Source of the DNA: Candidatus Methanophagaceae archaeon
GTDB taxonomy: Archaea; Halobacteriota; Syntropharchaeia; Alkanophagales; Methanospirareceae
DNA: 32,000 nucleotides
Direction of reading: 5' to 3'
Assembly: GCA_003194425.1 (NCBI GenBank)
Contig: PQXB01000001.1
Span: forward strand, 1,112,728-1,144,727
Program-made: the position numbers and the translations under genes
In this document: in pieces, positions 23,801-30,867 of the stretch
How the letters are laid out: every line of letters begins with the position of its first letter
How positions within the stretch are numbered: position 1 is the stretch's first letter
The notes under the pieces: model-generated
Told to the model about the DNA's origin: nothing
What the model saw: the letters and a program-made list of their open reading frames with translations, nothing else
Databases searched by the model: none

Positions 23801-24352
23801 CTACCCTATTCTTTCTACTGTCCTCTTTATCTCGTTTGCGATTTTTGCTTCTTCTACTGGCGTTGCTTCCGTTCCCGCTTCCCTGCTCGGACTGTAAATC
23901 CAGCCCGCAGTGCCGACATCCAAGACCTCTCCTCCTCCGCCTACTCCTGCCTCCTCTGCTAACTGCACATAAAATACATTCCCGAACCCCGTCGCTCCCC
24001 AATTCGGGATCGCGAAGCTGTACTCGAGCGTCTCGTCGTAGCCCGCTGGTATTGAAACAGGAATTAGCGTTACTGGAATGCAGACACTGAACTGCGGGAC
24101 TAACCAGTACCACTGGAATGTTAGGCTGTCTTCTGTTGGGTTTGCGAGGTCTATGGTAACGGTCATTGTGTCTCCTGGGCAGTATTCGAAGCTGTCTACG
24201 GTGATTGAGGCTGTTATCGGTGCTTCTAGCTTGGCGATGGCTCCACTTCCCAAACTCATTAACGGAGATACAATTTCAAGCCATACAGCGCTAGAAATAA
24301 AAATCTCGATAAAATTCTCCCCTTGCACTAAAACATCTTCGTCAGAGGACAA
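23801..24352 (-). CDS. Hypothetical protein with an Ig/CARDB-like core and no evident signal peptide
   Basis: 183 aa. PGDTMTVTIDLANPTEDSLTFQWYW. Its start lies 3 nt after the DUF5615 stop. Confidence 0.5.
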   Translation of the reverse strand: MSSDEDVLVQGENFIEIFISSAVWLEIVSPLMSLGSGAIAKLEAPITASITVDSFEYCPGDTMTVTIDLANPTEDSLTFQWYWLVPQFSVCIPVTLIPVSIPAGYDETLEYSFAIPNWGATGFGNVFYVQLAEEAGVGGGGEVLDVGTAGWIYSPSREAGTEATPVEEAKIANEIKRTVERIG

Positions 24353-24355
24353 GCC

Positions 24356-24697
24356 TCAAAGAAAGGGAACAACTCTTATTTTATCCTTCCTCATCACAAT
24401 GAACCTCCTCTCGAATTCTATTCCTGATTTGAAGAGTTTTTTTAGCATAGAAAATACAAAATCAGCGGACTTCGGCGGGAATCGCAGCAGAATAACGCCG
24501 AAAAATTCCGCTCGCCTTTTGAAGACAAAACTCCCGAAATCCTTGTCAAAAGTAATGAGCACCGCCTTTCTCTCAACTGAAAGCCTCAGGACGTCCTCGT
24601 CTGACAACCCCGGCGACTCCTCGCTGATTGAAGTGATTTCAAGACCTGCCGCTCGGAGACTCTTCACAGCTCCCAGAGGAATGTTCTCATCTGCCAA
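24356..24697 (-). CDS. DUF5615 (PIN-like / Mut7-C-like) putative toxin
   Basis: MADENIPLGAVKSLRAAGLEITSI...SDEDVLRLSVERKAVLITFDKDFG. Confidence 0.75.
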   Translation of the reverse strand: MADENIPLGAVKSLRAAGLEITSISEESPGLSDEDVLRLSVERKAVLITFDKDFGSFVFKRRAEFFGVILLRFPPKSADFVFSMLKKLFKSGIEFERRFIVMRKDKIRVVPFL

Positions 24698-24953
24698 GAA
24701 TTTCTTCCTCTTCCTCTTTTGTCTCTTGGCTGTCTCTTGGCAAGAGGTAAATGCTCTCTTCCTTCAGGAGGGAAGTTGCGTAATGCAGCGCTGCGAAGAT
24801 GTCTTCTTCCTTCAGTTGCGGGTAGTTCTCGGTAATTCCCGCGGTGCTCCAGCCGTTCGCCAAGAGCTCAATGATAAACTCTACGGTTAGCCTCGTCCCC
24901 TTTATCACCGGCTTCCCCCTGCAGACTCCTTCGTCCATTACAATTCGTCCCAT
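24687..24953 (-). CDS. DUF433 putative antitoxin
   Basis: CRGKPVIKGTRLTVEFIIELLANGWS...ENYPQLKEEDIFAALHYA. Overlaps the toxin gene by 11 nt. Confidence 0.8.
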   Translation of the reverse strand: MGRIVMDEGVCRGKPVIKGTRLTVEFIIELLANGWSTAGITENYPQLKEEDIFAALHYATSLLKEESIYLLPRDSQETKEEEEEILGR

Positions 24954-24973
24954 AATTTAACATAAAAGCGCCT

Positions 24974-24982
24974 AATAAAAAA
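24974..24982 (-). terminator. Oligo-T tract after mre11
   Basis: The minus strand reads CCCTTTTTTATT about 10 nt after the stop. Archaeal termination typically occurs at T-runs. Confidence 0.3.
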
Positions 24983-24992
24983 GGGAACCTTC

Positions 24993-26249
24993 TCAACGCT
25001 CCCCCTCCTCTCCCCCCTCGCGCAAATACCTCAACCCCAACTCCTTCAGCCTTGCCTTTTTTATGCCCGACCCCGCCACTCCCGCTCCCTCTCCTGCCAC
25101 CGCGTACTTCTCGACAAACTCCTCGAACTCGGTCTTCAAAGAGCGGAAACTTGGACGCTCGGCAGCAGAGAACAGCTCGCTGCCACTCTGCCGCTGGAAG
25201 TCGTATTTCAGCTCAAAATGAACCGCCGACCGCGTCAGCCGCTTCAACTCGTCAAAGTCGAGCGAGTGGTAAATGTGCAGCGGAATTCCCTGCACTTTCA
25301 ACCGCACGACCTTGCCCTCGGGGTTGCTTTCTCGGATGCGACGCTTTAAAGCACTTTTTATGCCCTGCTCGTCGAGACCGCTGCAGACAACCGGCTCCAA
25401 ATCCAGCATTTCCCTCGTCCTTATCCTGTGGAACACGACCTCTCTTTTGTTCTTAGAATTTTCTTCTTCTTTTTCTCGTTCTTCTCGCTCTCGCAGCCTG
25501 ACCTCCAAGAAGCCCTTCTGGTCGTTCGCCTCGCTGAAGCTGAACCGCTCGGTCGAGCCTGCGTAGTAGGCACCTGCTCGCACTCGCGTGGGTCTGTGGA
25601 AATGCCCAAGTGCGATGTAGTCCAAACCAAGACCCGTGAGGTCGTCGATGCTGACCACCTGCTCGTTGAACTCGTGCATCAGGAACGCTGACGCCGACGC
25701 CGCTGCTGGCAGTCCGGCACCGAGAACGCTCGCGTGCAGAAGTGCGACATTAAAACCCTCTCCTACTCCCGCTCCCTCACCCGCACGCAACTTCATTTTC
25801 TTCTTCTCTCTCTCAATGTCGTCGGAGTGTGGAATCGCGTGTATTTTCAGGCGCAGGTCTGGAATTTCAACGACCTCGTACCTGCCCTCGTAAACCAGCC
25901 GAACGCCCGGAATGTGCTCGAAGAGGCTGAGCACGCTGCCCGTCTCCTTCAGGCGTGGCGTCTCGTGGTTGCCGGAAATCGCTACAAACGGAATTCCCGC
26001 CTCACTCAATCTTAGCAACTGCCCGAGAACAAACGAAATAGCACGGTTCGAGGGACGCACCGAATCAAAGAGGTCGCCAGCGTGCATAATAAGATCCGGC
26101 TTCTCTTTCTCCTGCACTGCGAAGTCCACAAACCTCCTGAACGCCTCGTAGGTGTCCACTTCCCGTTGGTTCAGCCCGCTCGCCTCGTCTGTCCTTCGGT
26201 ACGCCGAGTAGCCGATGTGCGTGTCTGCGATGTGAAAAATTTTCATCAT
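24993..26249 (-). CDS. mre11: Mre11/SbcD-family DNA repair nuclease
   Basis: Phosphoesterase motifs IADTH, HAGDLFD, SGNHE, LLHASV, GHFH. Confidence 0.85.
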   Translation of the reverse strand: MMKIFHIADTHIGYSAYRRTDEASGLNQREVDTYEAFRRFVDFAVQEKEKPDLIMHAGDLFDSVRPSNRAISFVLGQLLRLSEAGIPFVAISGNHETPRLKETGSVLSLFEHIPGVRLVYEGRYEVVEIPDLRLKIHAIPHSDDIEREKKKMKLRAGEGAGVGEGFNVALLHASVLGAGLPAAASASAFLMHEFNEQVVSIDDLTGLGLDYIALGHFHRPTRVRAGAYYAGSTERFSFSEANDQKGFLEVRLREREEREKEEENSKNKREVVFHRIRTREMLDLEPVVCSGLDEQGIKSALKRRIRESNPEGKVVRLKVQGIPLHIYHSLDFDELKRLTRSAVHFELKYDFQRQSGSELFSAAERPSFRSLKTEFEEFVEKYAVAGEGAGVAGSGIKKARLKELGLRYLREGGEEGER

Positions 26250-26251
26250 AA

Positions 26252-26277
26252 AACTTTAATCTTCAACTTTAATCTTC
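26252..26277. promoter_or_regulatory. 13-nt x2 tandem duplication (aactttaatcttc) immediately upstream of mre11
   Basis: Read directly. It shares the CTTTAAT core with the 17142..17167 duplication. Confidence 0.4.
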
Positions 26278-26389
26278 TCCTCTCTTTCCGCTCACTCGCT
26301 CCTTTCCTTTCGCTAACTTCTTCATATTTTTGTCGCCCCGTCACTTAATCTAATTACAGAGACCGTAGACAAAGTGGGAAATCTCCCTT

Positions 26390-27523
26390 TTACCTCTCAA
26401 GCAACACCAAAACCGCTGGCACTATTGTAAGCGCCGCAGCCATGCAGAACAGCACCCCCCCCGCCATCATCGTCCCCATATCTGCCATCACCGGCAGTTG
26501 ACCGAGCGAAAGGCATTTAAAGCCTACCACCGCCGCTAAAGTCGTTATCGTCATTGGATAGAACACGTTCCTGAGCGTATTAACCATTGCATCTTCACGT
26601 TTTTGCGTTCGTAGCTCATATCTAAACCGTTTTGTAACCTGAATCCCGAAATCTATCCCAATGCCCATTATCATCGTCATCACTCCTGATGTCTGCGGCG
26701 TTATTTTGAATCCCACCAGAACAAGCGTCCCGTATGCCCATATAAGACCAAAAACAATGGTTAACAGCGGAATAAGCCCGTATTTAATCGAGGTGAATAC
26801 AATTATGAGAATGAGTATTATCAGAGCAAAGCTGACAAGCGAGGTCTTTCCCATCGTTTCCCCCGCAAGCTCTTGCAACGTTACCTCCTGCACCGGGTCG
26901 CCACTGAGTTCTACTGACACTCCTCGCGGTTTCTTTATATTTATTACCTTTCTCAGTTCTTCAACTGTCTCCTCTGCATCTACCTCCTCTAACAAGTTCA
27001 ATCTTACCACCGTCAGTGCATAATCGTCGCTGATGAAATTTTTCATCCTCTGCTCTGCTGCTTCATTATTTTTCAACACAGACTTCACAGTTCGCAAAGA
27101 AGCTGGAATTCTGCCACCATTTGCTTCTTTTACCACATCCGCAGCACTTTCCGCACCAACGACACCATAAACGAGTTTCGCTCGTTCCGCGAGCAAGTCA
27201 ACGTACCTTAATACCTCAGGGTCGCGGACATCCCGCACCTCGTCCGAGTTCGCATATTTCGGATCTGTCTGCACTGCAATCGTTACGGTGGCAAAACTGC
27301 CTGCAAATTGGTCTGCTATCAGATTAAATGTCTCCACCACTTCCACATCGTCTGGAAGCCAATCCTTCTGCGATGTCCCCGTCGTTTCCATTAGCGAGGC
27401 TTGGTAGCCCGCGAAAAAGGAGAATACAAGAACAACCGCCAGAACCACGACTGCGTGATGCGAGACGAACCTCGCATATTTCTCCAACGCCCACTTTCCC
27501 AACTTACTCAGTTTATCTCGCAT
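26390..27523 (-). CDS. MMPL/RND-superfamily exporter, C-terminal half
   Basis: 377 aa: one TM helix, an extracytoplasmic domain and five TM helices, ending GIGIDFGIQVTKRF. Confidence 0.75.
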   Translation of the reverse strand: MRDKLSKLGKWALEKYARFVSHHAVVVLAVVLVFSFFAGYQASLMETTGTSQKDWLPDDVEVVETFNLIADQFAGSFATVTIAVQTDPKYANSDEVRDVRDPEVLRYVDLLAERAKLVYGVVGAESAADVVKEANGGRIPASLRTVKSVLKNNEAAEQRMKNFISDDYALTVVRLNLLEEVDAEETVEELRKVINIKKPRGVSVELSGDPVQEVTLQELAGETMGKTSLVSFALIILILIIVFTSIKYGLIPLLTIVFGLIWAYGTLVLVGFKITPQTSGVMTMIMGIGIDFGIQVTKRFRYELRTQKREDAMVNTLRNVFYPMTITTLAAVVGFKCLSLGQLPVMADMGTMMAGGVLFCMAAALTIVPAVLVLLER

Positions 27524-27540
27524 TTATTTCCCCTCCCCTC

Positions 27541-28887
27541 CTATTTCTCCTCCCCTCCCCTTTTCCGCACAGCACCTAACCTACCACTCAACCAACCGGC
27601 TAATTCCCTCGCTTCTACTTCCAAACGCTCCTCAAAAACGATAAAGCAGGGGTTTACCAACACCGCAGCGATCCAGCAGAAAAAAATTCCCAAAGCCAGC
27701 GACTGCCCCAGGTGCTGAATCATCGGCATCACAGAGAGCGTCAAAGCGAGGAAAGCCGCAATCGTAGTCGCAGCAGAGCCGAATGTCGACGCTCCAATAT
27801 TTGTAACTGCAACTCGCAACGCTTCCCTCGAACTCTTCCCCGCCTTTCCTTCCTTTCCCTCCTTCCTCTCTTTTCCCTCCTCCCCAGTCTTCCCCGCCTT
27901 TCCTTCCTTTCCCTCCTTCTCTTCCTTCCTCTCCTTCTCCTCCTTCCTCTCCTCTCCCGTCTTCCCCTCCTTACCCCACCGCTCTTCATAGTACCGCGAG
28001 ACCATAAAAATCCCGTATTCAACGCCCAGACCGATGATGACCGCGCCGATCATAACCGTGCTGATGGAGATTGGAATGCCGAGGAAACCCATCGTCCCGA
28101 AGGTCCAGGTAATTCCAAAAATCAGTGGCAGGAAGACGAGAAAGCCCTTTGAGAACGACCGCTCAAGCAGAGCCAGCAGCCCGAAAATAATCGCCGCCGC
28201 CACCGCAGTCGTGAATTTCATATCCTCCCGCATTAACCTCAAGAGCTCAATTATCAGCGGCGCCACGCCCGTTATTTTATACTTCACGCCTGCAGGCTTC
28301 GTAATCGCGTCAACATCGTTCTGTATCATTTCTGTCACCGCCCTAACCTTCTCCTCGCTTAAGCCTGCCAGCGGGCTGACATAAACCAGCATAATGCTGA
28401 AGTCGTCGTTAAAAAAGCTCTCTGCACCCGAACCCGAAGCAGAGGCTAACCGCTTTTTCACCCCTTCTAAATCCGGCGGAACGCCGCCCTCGCCCTGAAA
28501 AAGTGGTGCAACCGACACAACCTTTTCAATTGAAGATTCCGCCTCAAGCCGCTCGTGCAGTTCAACCACCGACGCCACTACCCTCGGGTCTCTGATGTCG
28601 TGCGGGAGGTCTTTTGCTCCTGTTTCGCGATCCAAGCAGACAGCAACAACCAAATACTCCTCGCCTCTGAACTCACTCGCTATTTTATCCTGCAGAACGA
28701 AGACCGGCAAGTCCTGTGGCATCTCCTTCTCTAAGTCTCCCTGAAACCGCAGTTCTGTCGCCCCGTAGCCTAAAAAGACCGTTAGAACCAGCGTCGCCAC
28801 AATCACCTTCTTGTAGTGCCGGCACTGAAACGCAGCCAACTTTGTCAAGCCTCGCTCCAAACTTATCTTCTCTCTTAACCTTGACAT
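27541..28887 (-). CDS. MMPL/RND-superfamily exporter, N-terminal half
   Basis: 448 aa with the same half-transporter topology. GLGVEYGIFMVSRYYEE, followed by a K/E/G-rich insertion. Confidence 0.75.
   Translation of the reverse strand: MSRLREKISLERGLTKLAAFQCRHYKKVIVATLVLTVFLGYGATELRFQGDLEKEMPQDLPVFVLQDKIASEFRGEEYLVVAVCLDRETGAKDLPHDIRDPRVVASVVELHERLEAESSIEKVVSVAPLFQGEGGVPPDLEGVKKRLASASGSGAESFFNDDFSIMLVYVSPLAGLSEEKVRAVTEMIQNDVDAITKPAGVKYKITGVAPLIIELLRLMREDMKFTTAVAAAIIFGLLALLERSFSKGFLVFLPLIFGITWTFGTMGFLGIPISISTVMIGAVIIGLGVEYGIFMVSRYYEERWGKEGKTGEERKEEKERKEEKEGKEGKAGKTGEEGKERKEGKEGKAGKSSREALRVAVTNIGASTFGSAATTIAAFLALTLSVMPMIQHLGQSLALGIFFCWIAAVLVNPCFIVFEERLEVEARELAGWLSGRLGAVRKRGGEEK
27834..27975. 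repeat. Polypyrimidine (plus strand) repeat tract with a 54-nt periodicity
   Basis: tcttccccgcctttccttcctttccctccttc starts at 27834 and again at 27888. Encodes GKEGKAGKTGEE-type repeats. Confidence 0.85.
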
Positions 28888-28906
28888 TTTTCCCTTGACA
28901 TTTTCC
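28879..28906. repeat. 14-nt x2 tandem duplication spanning the MMPL start codon
   Basis: ccttgacatttttc / ccttgacattttcc. Each copy carries an ATG on the minus strand (28887 and 28901), and the two are out of frame with each other. Confidence 0.85.
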
Positions 28907-28931
28907 TCTTCTCGGTCTTTTTCTCGGTCCT

Positions 28932-30242
28932 TTACACTTTTTTCATTCTCCTTACGAAGACGAAGGCGAGAGAAAGTGCGAGAAGTGCGAAGAGAGGCGA
29001 GAAACCGGGAACGGGAACCGAGAGCGTTTTGGAAGAACCTCCTGGACCGCTTGGGGTCACTTCCAACCGGATTTGGTCGTCAAAAATATAAACATTCTCG
29101 TCGCCCAAGTCACGGTCGCCCGTGCACCTTATTTCTACGCCCTGCGAATATTCTTTCGGCTCTGCTTTACCGTCGACCTCAAACTCCAGCACCGCCTCTC
29201 CCGTCTCGCCGACCTTCAAATTGCCCACGAAACCGCTCTTAACATCGTAGTCAAACGGGACTTCCGCCTCGTCTGTAATTCGCACACTCACTGATTCCGC
29301 CTCCTCTGAACCCACATTCTTCACCGTTACACGCAGTTTCACGGCTTTCTCCCCCGCGTTTATGCTCGCAGGTTCCGTGCGGTAAGAGACGATTTCAAAA
29401 TCAGGCTTCGGCTCCACCAGTAAGTCCACTGACCGCGTCACCTCGTACTCCTTCCCTCTCGTGTCCTTGTATTTTATCTTGAGGGGGAGGCTGTACTTTT
29501 TCGCTTCTGTGTTGTCTGCGACGTCAACATAAAACGCAGCCTCCTTCGAATCGCCTGAGTTCAGCCTGCCGATGTACGAGCGGTCTGTTCCCGACCACGA
29601 GGGGTTGAAATTAAAATTCGAAATCAATTTCACTTCTACGTCCTTCGCCGCCGCTTCGCCACTGTTCTCTACGAACGCTCTTATTTCCACATCTTCATCG
29701 CCGGGTCTTACGTCCGCGGGGTCTGTTGTTACCGCTCCAATATTTATCATGCCCTCGCCTTCAACATTGAAAGAGATGCCTAACTCCGCTTTTATCGTGT
29801 CTGTAGCCACGTAGCCTTTCGAAGGGTCAAAGTAGTAGCCCCGCCACGAGCAGCTTACGGGGACAGAGTAAACGCCGTTAGGCGCCTCCTCTTTCACCTG
29901 CACATAAACCTTCACCTCTTTCCGAGACCAGGAGTTCAGTGAATTTATGTGAATTACAGTAGCTCCCACGACCGAGACGACCTCTGTGCCTTGAAACGCC
30001 ATTCGAATGTCTCTTGCGTCCATCCCGCCGTTGTTCTTCACTGTCATCGTCACTTCCTTCGTCTCGCCAGGACGCAGATCCGTAGGCTCTACATCCGTTA
30101 TCGTAACCGAAGAGAAGGAGGCATCTGCCGGCGGTGCAAACACGGGCAGAAGCAAAGCCACCATAAGAGCCGTCATAAAAAATACCGCGCCAAGAAGGCA
30201 GACTTCTGGAAATACCGGTTTTACCACTGCATTTTTTACCAT
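28932..30242 (-). CDS. Surface (S-layer-domain/CARDB-repeat, COG1361-like) protein with a PGF-CTERM anchor signal
   Basis: Signal peptide, repeated V.V.N.G-type beta modules, C-terminus VPVPGFSPLFALLALSLAFVFVRRMKKV. Confidence 0.75.
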   Translation of the reverse strand: MVKNAVVKPVFPEVCLLGAVFFMTALMVALLLPVFAPPADASFSSVTITDVEPTDLRPGETKEVTMTVKNNGGMDARDIRMAFQGTEVVSVVGATVIHINSLNSWSRKEVKVYVQVKEEAPNGVYSVPVSCSWRGYYFDPSKGYVATDTIKAELGISFNVEGEGMINIGAVTTDPADVRPGDEDVEIRAFVENSGEAAAKDVEVKLISNFNFNPSWSGTDRSYIGRLNSGDSKEAAFYVDVADNTEAKKYSLPLKIKYKDTRGKEYEVTRSVDLLVEPKPDFEIVSYRTEPASINAGEKAVKLRVTVKNVGSEEAESVSVRITDEAEVPFDYDVKSGFVGNLKVGETGEAVLEFEVDGKAEPKEYSQGVEIRCTGDRDLGDENVYIFDDQIRLEVTPSGPGGSSKTLSVPVPGFSPLFALLALSLAFVFVRRMKKV

Positions 30243-30793
30243 TTCTTACCCCCTCCGTTTGCTAAATCGCTTTCTATTTTTATTTTTATTGAAATCCTCT
30301 CTGACTCTTCGTTTAGTTTCTCCATCTCAACATTCCCAGGCATCGCATTTATCTCGTTCATTATCTTCGAGAAGAGCAGAACCGCGAGGTTCATTTTCCT
30401 GTATTCGTGTAAGAGCACGAGAAAAGTCTCCCTCACTTTTGCATCCTCTATTTTGGACAGACTCGCGGAGAGCAGTTCGATCATTGGCTTTATGTTCTCC
30501 GCGAGAAATCGCTTCAAGAGTTCGCCAAAACTCTCTGTCAGCGAGGTGTTAACCGAATAACGGGTCTCTCTTCCCTCCCTTCTCTCCTCAATCGTCGGTC
30601 CCCGCTTCAATTCCCGCAGACTCCGACTGACCAGTCCCCTGCTGTAGCCCGTGCCTTCTACAATTTCACGCTGCGTTACGGGGCAGGATTTGAAGAGTAA
30701 GAAGCCCCAGACACGCCCCACCGACTCGCCCAGGTCCCACTGCTTCCCTATTTTCGCCAGCGAATCCAACACTTCTTGCATCACTTCGCTCAT
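30236..30793 (-). CDS. GbsR/MarR-like winged-helix transcriptional regulator
   Basis: GRVWGFLLFKSCPVTQREIVEGTGYSRGLVSRSLRELK. Overlaps the downstream gene by 7 nt. Confidence 0.7.
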   Translation of the reverse strand: MSEVMQEVLDSLAKIGKQWDLGESVGRVWGFLLFKSCPVTQREIVEGTGYSRGLVSRSLRELKRGPTIEERREGRETRYSVNTSLTESFGELLKRFLAENIKPMIELLSASLSKIEDAKVRETFLVLLHEYRKMNLAVLLFSKIMNEINAMPGNVEMEKLNEESERISIKIKIESDLANGGGKKW

Positions 30794-30844
30794 CTTTTCT
30801 TCACCGATTATTTTTTACTTTTTACTAAAAAATAAATTTTGTAT

Positions 30845-30852
30845 TTAAATAA
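30845..30852. promoter_or_regulatory. TATA-like box (tttaaata)
   Basis: Lies in the 74-nt AT-rich divergent spacer, 16-23 nt upstream of the MFS ATG, which suggests a leaderless or short-leader mRNA. Confidence 0.3.
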
Positions 30853-30867
30853 AGATTCTTAATTAAG

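Noticed and set aside
27523-27541. Programmed frameshift or readthrough joining the two MMPL halves.
   Set aside because: The downstream ATG is in a different frame with a normal N-terminal sequence. I see no slippery heptamer. Separate half-transporter genes or a simple disruption are more economical explanations.
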